This document shows, piece after piece, positions 1 to 12,938 of a stretch of 30,633 bases of DNA. The notes beneath the pieces were generated by a model that was given only the letters and a program-made list of their open reading frames with translations, did not search any database and had not been told where the DNA came from. The DNA lies in contig RKSH01000193.1 of NCBI GenBank assembly GCA_007570945.1, positions 1 through 30,633 on the forward strand. Reading direction: 5' to 3'. This stretch comes from Gammaproteobacteria bacterium (lineage in GTDB: Bacteria > Pseudomonadota > Gammaproteobacteria > Arenicellales > Spongiicolonaceae). The first letter of the stretch is position 1, and each line of letters starts with the position of its first letter. The position numbers were made by a program, and so were the translations under genes.

Positions 1-96
1 GCAGCCGTTCGGATGCGCCGCCGCCCACGCCTGCATGATGCCCAAGCAGTCGCCGTGATACAGCGTGTTGGGCGCGAGGGGCAGGTCGAGGGACAT
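1..96 (-). CDS. Site-specific DNA methyltransferase (N6/N4-Mtase type), N-terminal 32 aa, runs off window edge
   Basis: Hand translation from ATG at 96: MSLDLPLAPNTLYHGDCLGIMQAWAAAHPNGC. The LYHGDCL start is typical of beta-class N6/N4 MTases just before the DPP(Y/F) motif, which would lie outside the window. Confidence 0.7.
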   Translation of the reverse strand, partial: MSLDLPLAPNTLYHGDCLGIMQAWAAAHPNGC

Positions 97-127
97 GGGG
101 ATATTTTTTCGTTGCGGCGGTGCGCGG

Positions 128-133
128 ATTATA
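128..133 (-). promoter_or_regulatory. Perfect -10 hexamer (TATAAT) for the methyltransferase gene
   Basis: The + strand ATTATA at 128-133 reads TATAAT on the - strand, 31 nt upstream of the ATG at 96. No good -35 at 17 bp. Confidence 0.5.
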
Positions 134-161
134 CCCGTTGAATTTTATGCGGGTGCGGGAA

Positions 162-276
162 TGTATGAGCTCAGCACATGTGAGAAAATTCAGGCGGCCT
201 CGGTGAGGGATTGATAGGACGCCATGGGGGTCTGGAAGTTTTGTTTTTTGCCGGCGTATGGTCGGTGATGGCAGTT
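162..276 (-). mobile_element. IS481-family remnant: right terminal IR plus last ~28 codons of transposase
   Basis: Terminus TGTATGAGCTCAGCACATGTGAGA. The - strand reads NCHHRPYAGKKQNFQTPMASYQSLTEAA* (stop 190-192), matching the YN..RPH.GK....TPM tail of IS481-type integrase-core transposases. About 80% identical to 30508-30620 by hand alignment. Confidence 0.7.
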
Positions 277-287
277 TGGGCCCGGCG

Positions 288-316
288 TTGTGCCGATTTT
301 TGCGCGGTGTTACACT
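288..316 (+). promoter_or_regulatory. Putative sigma70 promoter for DUF924 gene
   Basis: TTGTGC(288-293)-17 bp-TACACT(311-316); ATG follows 7 nt later. Confidence 0.5.
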
Positions 317-323
317 GCGCGGC

Positions 324-935
324 ATGGCGGACAAGATTGACGAGATTCATCATTTCTGGTTCGACGATTGCCTTGACAACGTGGAGAAAATTAAGCGGCG
401 GTTTGCGCTTTGGTTTTCCGTTTGCGGGGAATTTGACCGCGAGGTGACGGCAAAATTTGGCGCCGATGTGGCGTGCGCGGCGGCCGGGGAATACGACTCG
501 TGGGCCGGCACGCCGCGCGGTGCGCTGGCGTTGATTCTGTTGCTGGACCAATTTCCGCGCAACATTTACCGTGGTACGGGGCGCGCTTTTGCGCATGACG
601 AAAAAGCGCTGGCCCATTGTCTGGCGGTGAGCGACGGCGGCGGGGATAAGGCGCTGGGTTTTATTGAACGGGTTTTCTTGTTGATGCCGCTGCAGCATGC
701 CGAGGACGCGAAGATTCAGCGGCTGTCGGTGGAGCGGTTTGCGCGGTTGCGGGAGGATGCGGCGCCGGCGTTTCAGGAAATCGCCGACGGCAATCATGAA
801 TACGCGCTGCTGCACAAAAAAATCATCGACCAATTCGGGCGGTTTCCGCACCGCAACAAAATTTTGGGGCGCCAGTCCACCGCCGAGGAGGAGGAATATT
901 TGCGCGAATCCGGGGAGAGTTTCGGCCAGGGGTGA
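324..935 (+). CDS. DUF924 family protein
   Basis: I..FWF start, ALILLLDQFPRNIYRG, FLLMPLQHAED and FGRFPHRNKILGRQST motifs. ATG 324 preferred over the ORF-track start 258, which lies inside the IS remnant. Confidence 0.9.
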   Translation: MADKIDEIHHFWFDDCLDNVEKIKRRFALWFSVCGEFDREVTAKFGADVACAAAGEYDSWAGTPRGALALILLLDQFPRNIYRGTGRAFAHDEKALAHCLAVSDGGGDKALGFIERVFLLMPLQHAEDAKIQRLSVERFARLREDAAPAFQEIADGNHEYALLHKKIIDQFGRFPHRNKILGRQSTAEEEEYLRESGESFGQG

Positions 936-952
936 GGACGCGGGCTTTTTTG

Positions 953-961
953 TGCTATTCT
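953..961 (+). promoter_or_regulatory. Extended -10 (TGcTATTCT) upstream of smc
   Basis: TG-n-TATTCT ending 58 nt before the smc ATG. Confidence 0.35.
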
Positions 962-1019
962 CCGGTCTCCGCCGCGCCTCAGAAATTCACCCCAAACGAT
1001 TGATTTAACGCCGTTTTCA

Positions 1020-4000
1020 ATGAAGTTTAAAAAAATTCAGTTGTCCGGTTTCAAGTCTTTTGTGGACCCCACCACGCTGACTTTTCCGGCCCACATGATT
1101 GGCATTGTGGGGCCCAACGGTTGCGGGAAGTCCAATATCATTGACGCCATCCGCTGGGTGATGGGTGAGGGTTCGGCGCGCACCTTGCGCGGCGGTAGCA
1201 TGGATGACGTGATTTTTAACGGCTCCAGCGCGCGCAAGCCGGTGGGCAAGGCAGCGGTGGAGTTGGTTTTTGACAATGCCGCCGGGCGCGTCGGCGGCGT
1301 GCACAGCCATTTTGCCGAGATTTCCATCCGCCGCACCCTGGCGCGGGATGAGCCCTCGGAATATTTTCTCAACAACACCAGATGCCGGCGGCGCGACATT
1401 GCCGATATTTTCCACGGCACCGGGCTCGGCCCGCGCTCCTATTCCATCATTGAACAAGGCATGGTCAGCCGCATCGTGGAGGCCAAGCCGGAGGAGTTGC
1501 GCGCTTTTGTGGAGGAGGCGGCGGGCATTTCGCGCTACAAGGAACGCCGCCGCGAAACCGAAGCGCGCATCCGCCACACCCGGGAAAACCTGCAGCGCGT
1601 GGAGGACATCCGCCGTGAGTTGGAGGCGCAGTTGCGGCGGTTGCAGCGGCAGTCGCAGCAGGCGCGCCGCTACCAGGCGCTGAAACAAGAGGAGCATGAG
1701 GTGAGCGCGCAACTGTTGGCGTTGCGCTGGCTGGAGGAGGAGGAGCGGCTGGCGGCGGTGAATGCCGAGGTGTCGCGCTTGCAGACCGAGGCGGAAGGCA
1801 AGGTGGCGCGGGTGCGCGAGAGCGAGGCGCAAATAGAGGAAAAGCGCGCGGCGCACGCCGGTGAGCAGGAAAATTTAAATCAGGCGCAGGCGCGTTTTTA
1901 CGGCGTGCAGGCCGATATTTCGGCACTGGAGCAGCGCCTGGAACTGGCGCGGGAAACCCACGCCCGGCAGCAGAGCGGCCTGCGGCAGGCGCGGGAGGAG
2001 TTGGAAAAAGCGCGCCATCATGTGCAAGGCGACCGCGAAAAACGCGGCGCGGTGGAGGCGGACATCGCGCAATTGCAGCCGCGCCTTATGCAACTGCAGG
2101 CCGAGCGCGAGCAGGCCGCCGAGGCGCTGGCGCGGGCCTCGGGCGATTTGGAGGCCGAGTTGGCGGAACTGGACAAGCGCATCCGCGAGCGGCGCAAGGC
2201 GCTGGAAGAACGGCGCGGCGAGACCGACCAGGTGCGCGCCCGGCTGCAGACGATGGCGGCGCGGCTGGCCTCGTTGCGCGATTTGCAGCGGCATGCCCTG
2301 GGCGAGGACGACCAGGCCCTGGCGACGTGGTTGCAGGACAGCGGATTGGGCCAACTGCCGCGCCTGGCTGGCCGGGTGCGGGTCAGCGGCGGCTGGGAGC
2401 GCGCGCTGGACCGCCTGCTGGGCGACAAACTTTCCGCGCTGTGCGCCGACTCGGTGGAGTTGGCCGCCGCGCCGCCGGCCGGACCCGGGTTAGTGTTGGT
2501 GGAGCGCGGCGGTGAGGGTGAGGGCGGCGGCGGGGCCGGGCGGCTGCTGAATTATGTGGAGTGCGGCGAGGTGGATTTGGGCGAATGGTTAGCCGGCGTG
2601 CGCACCGCGGAAAATTTGACCGAGGCGCTGCGGCTGCGGCGTGAGCTTGCGCCGGGTGAGTGCGTCGCCACGCGCGACGGGGTGATTGCCGGGCGGCGCT
2701 GGCTTAGCTATCCGCCGTCGGCCGGGCATGAGGATGGTTTTGGCGGCGGCGTGCTGCAGCGTGAACAGGAGATTGAACAAACCACCGCGGCCCATGCCGA
2801 AATTCAAAAAGAGTTGCAAAAACGCGCCGAGGCCGATGAAGCCGCGCAGGCCGAACTTGCCGGCCTTGAGGAACAGCGCGTGGCGCGCCAGCAGCGGTGG
2901 AACGAGCACGCCGCCGACCTGGCCGAGTTGCACAAGCGCCTGGGCCAGGGTGATGAGTCCGCCGGCGGTGAGGGCCGGGCCGAGTCCGGCGCGCCGCTGC
3001 AGAGTGCGGCGGTGTTTGGCGGCGGCGGTGACGATGACGGCGGCGAGTTGCGCAAATCGCTGAAAAAATTGCGCGGCCGGGTGGAGGCGACCAGCAACGC
3101 GTTTCGGGAATGTGAACTGAAGTTGCAAAGTCTGCAGGCCACCCGCGATTCTCTGCTGGAGCAGGAGCAGCGCGCCGGTGAGCGTCTGGCGCATCTGTTG
3201 GGGCAGGAGGAGGACTTGAGTCGCGACCTGGAGTCGGCGGCGGCGCCGGGCGATGATGCGGCGCGCCAACTTGATGCTTTGCTTAAGCAAAAGGTGGAGG
3301 CGGAACAGAAACTGCGGCAGGCGCGGCGCACGGTGGAGCAACTGGACGAGCAACTGCGCGCCGCCGCCGCCGCGCGCCGGCAACTGGAGCAGGAGGCGCA
3401 GGAGGCGCGCGGCGCGGTGGAGGAAAAGCGCGTGGCGCGGCAGGAGTTTGTCACCCGCCAGCAGACGCTGCGCGAGCAGGTGGAGGAAACCGGGGCCGAA
3501 CTTAAGGCGGTGGTGGACGCGCTACCGGAGGACGCCGAGGCCGCCGCCTGGGACGGCCGGCTGGCCGGCATCCGCCGCAAGGTGGAGCGCATCGGCGCGG
3601 TGAACCTGGTGGCCATCGACGAGTTTGAGGAACAGTCGCGGCGCAAGGAATATTTGGACCGGCAGTCCGAGGACTTAAACAGCGCGCTGCAGACGCTGGA
3701 AGAGGCGATGCGCAAAATCGACCGTGAAACCCGGGCGCGGTTCAAGGAAACGTTTGAGCGGCTAAACGGCGGCTTTCAGGAATATTTCCCGCGCCTGTTT
3801 GGCGGCGGCAGCGCGGCGTTAGAGTTGACCGGCGACGATTACCTGAGCGCCGGGGTGACGGTGACGGCGCGCCCGCCGGGCAAGCGCAACAGCACCATTC
3901 ACCTGCTGTCCGGCGGCGAGAAGGCGCTGACCGCGGTGGCGCTGCTGTTCTCGCTGTTTGAGTTGAACCCGGCGCCGTTCTGCCTGTTGGACGAGGTGGA

Positions 4001-4204
4001 CGCGCCGCTGGATGATGCAAACGTGGAGCGCTACTGTGAGACATTGCGCAGCATGGCGCAGAAGACACAGTTAATTTTCGTCACCCACAACAAAATCACC
4101 ATGGAGGCGGCCAATATTTTGATGGGCGTGACCATGGCGGAGCCGGGCGTGTCGCGGCTGGTGTCGGTGAACGTCGAGGAGGCGGTGCAGATGGCGGCGG
4201 AACA

Positions 4205-4208
<4 letters not shown>
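1020..4208 (+). CDS. smc: Chromosome segregation protein SMC (short, 1062 aa)
   Basis: Walker A GPNGCGKS, signature LSGGE, Walker B/D-loop LLDEVDAPLD, central hinge, coiled-coil arms; smc-zipA-ligA synteny. Confidence 0.97.
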
Positions 4209-8161
<3,953 letters not shown>

Positions 8162-8168
8162 ATCGCCC

Positions 8169-8747
8169 TTAAAGCAGCATCAAAACGCTCAGCGCCAGCA
8201 GCGCGCCGAAGATGCGGTTCAGGTGTTTTTCCAGCGGCGTGCCAATGATGCGGCCGCGGATAATCTTGCCGGCCACCAGCCACACGCCGACACAGGGCGG
8301 GGCGACGGCGGTGAACATCAGCGGCGCCAGCCACACCTGGTATTCGCCCACCAGCACGACGCTGCCCACCGCCATCACCCAGCCCTTGGGGTTCATCCAC
8401 TGAAACAAAAGCATGGCGCCGAAGCCGGGGATGCCGGCGGTGTCGTCCAGTTCTTTGGCCGCCGAGGCGGCGGTGAAGGTTTTCCATGACAGAAAAATTA
8501 AATACGCGGCGCCGGCGTATTTAATGTAGACCAGCGCCCCGCTCAGCAAATCGCTGTAATGCAGATACAGCAGCGCGACGCCCAGCACCATCAGCGGAAA
8601 GCCGGCGCAGATGCCGAAATAGGGCGGCAGCGCGCGCGTCATGCCGCCGCGCACGCTGGCCGACAGGACGATGAAGTTGTTCGGCCCCGGCGTGACGGCG
8701 GACGAAACGCAAAACACGAAAGCCGCGAATATGGTTTCCAGCGTCAT
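8169..8747 (-). CDS. LysE family translocator
   Basis: TPGPNN motif, KYAGAAYLIFLSWK, FQWMNPKGW; hydrophobic 192 aa. Confidence 0.92.
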   Translation of the reverse strand: MTLETIFAAFVFCVSSAVTPGPNNFIVLSASVRGGMTRALPPYFGICAGFPLMVLGVALLYLHYSDLLSGALVYIKYAGAAYLIFLSWKTFTAASAAKELDDTAGIPGFGAMLLFQWMNPKGWVMAVGSVVLVGEYQVWLAPLMFTAVAPPCVGVWLVAGKIIRGRIIGTPLEKHLNRIFGALLALSVLMLL

Positions 8748-8753
8748 GATGGC

Positions 8754-9614
8754 TCAGCCGTCCAGGCGCAGGTTGTCGATGAGCCGCACCCGGCCGACGC
8801 GCGCCGCGACCAGCGCCTGGGCGCGTTGCATCTCGCCGGCCGGCGGCCGTCCGCTCCACGCCAGCGGGTCGCGCAGGTCGGCGTATTCCACCGCCACTCC
8901 GGCGGCGGCGAGCGCCTCGCCCATGGCGCGGCGCAAATGCGCGGCGTCGCGGATGTTTTCATCCCACAAGGTTTTTGCGCGCAACAGGGCACGGTGGATG
9001 GCCGCGGCTTTTTTGCGCTCGTTTGGGGATAAAAGGACATTGCGTGAGGAGCAGGCCAGGCCGTCTTCTTCGCGCACTGTCGGGCATACCACCACGCTGA
9101 TTCCATCCGATTGTTGCGCAATATCCGTCACCACCAGGCTTTGCTGAAAATCCTTTTCGCCGAAGTAGGCGCGGCACGGGCCCACCGCGGCAAAAAGTTT
9201 TTCCACGATGGTGCGCACGCCGTCCAAATGGCCGGGGCGGAATTTTTCCTCCAGTCCGCGGCCGAAAGGGCCGGCGTTCTTCACCGGGATGTCGGCAACG
9301 CCGCCGGCGCCGGGGAAAAAATCCCCAAGGGCGCCGCTGAACACCATGTCGCAGGAGGCCGCCGCGAACATGCGCAAATCTTTTTGCGTGTCGCGCGGGT
9401 AATTTGCATAGTCTTCGGCGTCGTCGAACTGCAGCGGGTTCACGAACAAACTCGCGCAGCACAAGTCGTTTTCCCTCTTCGCCCGTTGCAAAAGCGACAG
9501 GTGCCCGGCGTGCAGCGCGCCCATGGTCGGCACAAAACCGATGCCGCGGCCGGCGGCGCGCTGCTCAGCGCACCAGCGGCCGGCCGCCTGCGGAGTGGCA
9601 TGGTGTAACATCAT
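8754..9614 (-). CDS. panC: Pantoate--beta-alanine ligase
   Basis: FVPTMGALHAGH, FVNPLQF, RPGHLDGV, FGEKDFQQ, REEDGLACSSRN, RLIDN. Start ATG 9614 or 9611. Confidence 0.96.
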   Translation of the reverse strand: MMLHHATPQAAGRWCAEQRAAGRGIGFVPTMGALHAGHLSLLQRAKRENDLCCASLFVNPLQFDDAEDYANYPRDTQKDLRMFAAASCDMVFSGALGDFFPGAGGVADIPVKNAGPFGRGLEEKFRPGHLDGVRTIVEKLFAAVGPCRAYFGEKDFQQSLVVTDIAQQSDGISVVVCPTVREEDGLACSSRNVLLSPNERKKAAAIHRALLRAKTLWDENIRDAAHLRRAMGEALAAAGVAVEYADLRDPLAWSGRPPAGEMQRAQALVAARVGRVRLIDNLRLDG

Positions 9615-9655
9615 TCCTCGGTCTTGTCGCTCCAACCGCGGCGCAAAAAATTATC

Positions 9656-11128
9656 GTGGCAATATACGACATCGCGGTTATCGGCGGCGGCATTAACGGC
9701 GCCGGCATCGCCCGTGACGCCGCCGGGCGCGGCCTGCGCGTCGCGTTGTGCGAGCAGGACGACCTCGGCGGCCACACCTCCTCCGCCAGCAGCAAGATGA
9801 TACACGGCGGTCTGCGCTATCTGGAATACGGCGCCTTCGGCATGGTGCGCGACGCGTTGCGCGAGCGCGAGGCTTTGTTGCGCGCCGCGCCGCACATCAT
9901 CCGCCCGCTGCGGTTGGTGATTCCCCACGCCGCCAATGCCGCGCGGCCGCGCTGGATGGTGCGGCTGGGGCTGTTTTTGTATGACCTGCTCGGTTGCGGC
10001 GGAAGTTTGCCGGGTTCGCGAGCGGTGAATCTGCGCCGCCACCCGGCCGGCGCGGCGCTGCGGTCTGAGTTTGTCCACGGTTTTTCTTACCACGACTGCC
10101 GGGTGCAGGACGCGCGGCTGGTGGTGCTGAACGCGGTGGACGCCGCCGAGCGCGGCGCGGACGTCTTCACCCGCACCCGGTGCACGGCGGCGGTACGTGG
10201 CGCCGCGGAATGGAGGCTGGACCTGGCCGGCCGCCAAACCATCACCGCACGCTGCTTGGTGAACGCCGGCGGGCCGTGGGTGCACCGTGTACTTGACGGT
10301 GTGACTCCGCGGACTCCACGTTTGAGTTTGCGTTTGGTGGCCGGCGGTCACATCATGGTGAACCGACTCGCCGAACACCCGCACTCTTATCTGCTGCAGA
10401 ACGACGACCGGCGGGTGGTGTTTGTGATGCCGTGGGAGGAGCGGTGGACTTTAATCGGCACCACCGAGAGGGAGTTTCGCGGCGACCCGGCGGAGGTGCG
10501 CACCTCCGACGCCGAGGTGGACTATTTGTGCGCGGCGGTGAACCGTTATTTTCGCCGCGCCATTCGCCCCGAGGACGTGGTGCGGCGATTCGCCGGCGTG
10601 CGCCCCTTGTTTGAGGCCGGGCGGAAAAAGAAAAACGCATCGGCGGTGACCAGGGAGTACCATCTGGACCTGAACCGTGGCGGCGCGCCGCTGCTGTCGG
10701 TGTATGGCGGCAAGTTGACGACGTACCGCAAACTTGCCGAGGAGGCGGTGAACATGCTGTGCCCGGCGTTTAATCTTGCCGTCCGTCCGTGGACCCGGGG
10801 CGCGCGCCTGCCGGGCGGCGACCTCGGCGGCGACGTGGAATGGTTTCGCCGCAAAGTGGCGCGCGAGTTTTCATTTCTGCCGGAATCGGTGACGGCGAGG
10901 TGGGCGCGAACCTACGGCAGCCGCCTGTACCGCTTCGCCAACGGCATCAACGACGTCGCCGGACTGGGTGAGGACTTCGGCGGCGGCCTGAGCCGGCGTG
11001 AGGTGGACCACCTGCGCGCCGAGGAATTCGCCGTCACCGCCGATGATATCCTGCACCGCCGCACCGCCCTCGGCCTGGGCGCGTCAAAGGCGGCGGTGGA
11101 CCGCCTGCAAAAATATCTGGCGCGCTGA
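9656..11128 (+). CDS. glpD: FAD-dependent glycerol-3-phosphate dehydrogenase
   Basis: DIAVIGGGINGAGIARDAAGRG, TSSASSKMIHGGLRYLE, GVRPL, GGKLTTYR. GTG 9656 taken as start. Confidence 0.95.
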   Translation: MAIYDIAVIGGGINGAGIARDAAGRGLRVALCEQDDLGGHTSSASSKMIHGGLRYLEYGAFGMVRDALREREALLRAAPHIIRPLRLVIPHAANAARPRWMVRLGLFLYDLLGCGGSLPGSRAVNLRRHPAGAALRSEFVHGFSYHDCRVQDARLVVLNAVDAAERGADVFTRTRCTAAVRGAAEWRLDLAGRQTITARCLVNAGGPWVHRVLDGVTPRTPRLSLRLVAGGHIMVNRLAEHPHSYLLQNDDRRVVFVMPWEERWTLIGTTEREFRGDPAEVRTSDAEVDYLCAAVNRYFRRAIRPEDVVRRFAGVRPLFEAGRKKKNASAVTREYHLDLNRGGAPLLSVYGGKLTTYRKLAEEAVNMLCPAFNLAVRPWTRGARLPGGDLGGDVEWFRRKVAREFSFLPESVTARWARTYGSRLYRFANGINDVAGLGEDFGGGLSRREVDHLRAEEFAVTADDILHRRTALGLGASKAAVDRLQKYLAR

Positions 11129-11183
11129 GGGCCGGGTGGTTATACTGGCGGTCCGCCAACGTCGGCAACACCCAAATCCAACC

Positions 11184-11609
11184 ATGCACAACCGCCTGCC
11201 CATCGCGTTGCTCTGCATTCGCATCAGCGTTTTTCTGGTGATGCTGGTCTGGTCGCTGGATAAATTTGTGGCGCCGCAGCACGGCGTGGAGGTGTTCCAG
11301 TATTTTTACTTTCTCCCCGGCCTCAGCCCCGGCATGATTAACGCCATCGGCGTCTTGCAACTGATTCTCATCACCGTTTTTGTCCTCGGCATCGCCCGCC
11401 GCCTGAGTTACGGCATCGTCCTGCTGACCCACGCCGTGGCCACGGTCACCCCTTTCGCCCTGTATCTGGACCCGTGGGCGGCGGGCAGTCCGAACATCCT
11501 GTTCTTCGCCGCCTGGCCGATGTTGGCGGCCTGTTTTGCCCTGTACCTGCTGCGCGCCGATGACCGCCTGCTGCGGGTTAATATTCCGCTGGCGCGGTGG
11601 ATGGAGTGA
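11184..11609 (+). CDS. DoxX-like membrane protein
   Basis: 141-aa hydrophobic protein, RISVFLVMLVWSLDKF, ending NILFFAAWPMLAACFALYLLR..D. Confidence 0.7.
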   Translation: MHNRLPIALLCIRISVFLVMLVWSLDKFVAPQHGVEVFQYFYFLPGLSPGMINAIGVLQLILITVFVLGIARRLSYGIVLLTHAVATVTPFALYLDPWAAGSPNILFFAAWPMLAACFALYLLRADDRLLRVNIPLARWME

Positions 11610-11610
11610 G

Positions 11611-12153
11611 GGGATTAAGGACTGGAAAAAATTCCGCAATTTTCTGAAAAAAATTGTGGAAAAAGACAAGGACAGAATCCTTTTCACCGTTGTTCGCGAG
11701 AACAAAGGCGATTTTTCGGCGTTGCTCAAGAATAAATACATCTACAGGGAGCTCTGGGACTGGGTTCGGGACAAGCAAAAAACCCCGTTCACGAAAAAAA
11801 TTGACGTTAAAACGTGGAACCTGCAGCATGACCAGGGAGGGAAATTCCGCGCCCAGAATCTGCGCGCGATGAACACCATGGATTCGCGGGGAGAAAAACG
11901 CTATTCCTTTGAGGAATTTCTCTTCATCATCTTTGACCGCCTGTATACTCTTCGCAACCAGGTTGTGCACGGCGGCGCCACTTACCAATCTTCGTTCAAC
12001 CGCGATAGTGTTGATGTCGGCGGGAAAGTTCTCGGTCTGCTGACGCGGGCGATGTTGGAGATTATGCTAAAAGCAATGCAAAAGAACTCCGAAGAACAGT
12101 GGGGGTGGATTGCCTATCCTCCTATCGGGCCCGCGCCGCGCCGGTCATCGTAG
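11611..12153 (+). pseudogene. N-terminally truncated HEPN-domain protein (Apea-like), low GC
   Basis: FDRLYTLRNQVVHGGAT with Rx4H motif at 11953-11970, and a W....YPP tail. No plausible start codon after the DoxX stop; visibly AT-richer than flanks. Confidence 0.65.
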
Positions 12154-12160
12154 GTTTTTC

Positions 12161-12937
12161 ATGACCATCAAAACCATCACCCTAACCCCCGAGGAAGTCC
12201 ACGCCCTCGCTTTCAGCGCGCTGCTGGCATGCGGCACTTCGCGGCCCAATGCGGAGTCGGTGGCGCGCTCGGTCACCGCCTCGGGCTACCATGTGGAGGC
12301 GCTGGCGCGGCGCGGCCTGCTCGGCATGGGCTTCACCAACGCGCCGGCCTCCATGGCGCCCCACGGCGGCAAGGCGGCGGTTTTCGGCACCAACCCGCTG
12401 GCCCTGGCGGCGCCGGACGGCCACGGCCGGGCGCTTTTGATTGTGGACCAGTCCTCAAGCGTGGTCGCCAAAAGTGAACTCGCGGTGTACGCCGCCGCCG
12501 GCAAGCGGATTCCCAAAGGCTGGGCGCTGGACGCCGCCGGCAAGCCCACCACCGACCCGGAGGAGGGACTCAAAGGAACCATGCTGCCGAGCGGCGGTTA
12601 CAAGGGTGCCGGCATCGCGCTGATGGTGGAGGTGATGGCGGCGGCGGCGGCCGGCGCCAGTCTGGCCGTTGACGCATCATCTTTCGCCGACAACCAAGGC
12701 CCGTCGCCGCGCACCGGGCAGTTTTTCATCGCCGTCAACCCGCGCCACTTCGGCGGCCGGCGTTATGATGAAAACATGCGCCGCCTGGCCGATGCCGTCA
12801 ACGCCCAGCCCGGCGCGCGGTTGCCGGGGGCCGGGCGTTTTGCCTCGCGCAAGCGCATCGCCGCCGGCGGCATCACGTTTCCGCTGCTGCTGCACCGGAG
12901 AATCCTGAGCCTCATCCAATCCGCGGAGGAGGAATAA
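12161..12937 (+). pseudogene. Ldh_2 family oxidoreductase (ComC/sulfolactate dehydrogenase-like) with in-frame internal deletion
   Basis: GFTNAPASMAPHGG, FGTNPLA, DQSSSVVAK, GWALD..G.PTTDP, GGYKG are present. SVTAS is joined directly to GYHVE, without the DG..SHG segment; 258 aa versus ~330 typical. Confidence 0.75.
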
Positions 12938-12938
12938 C

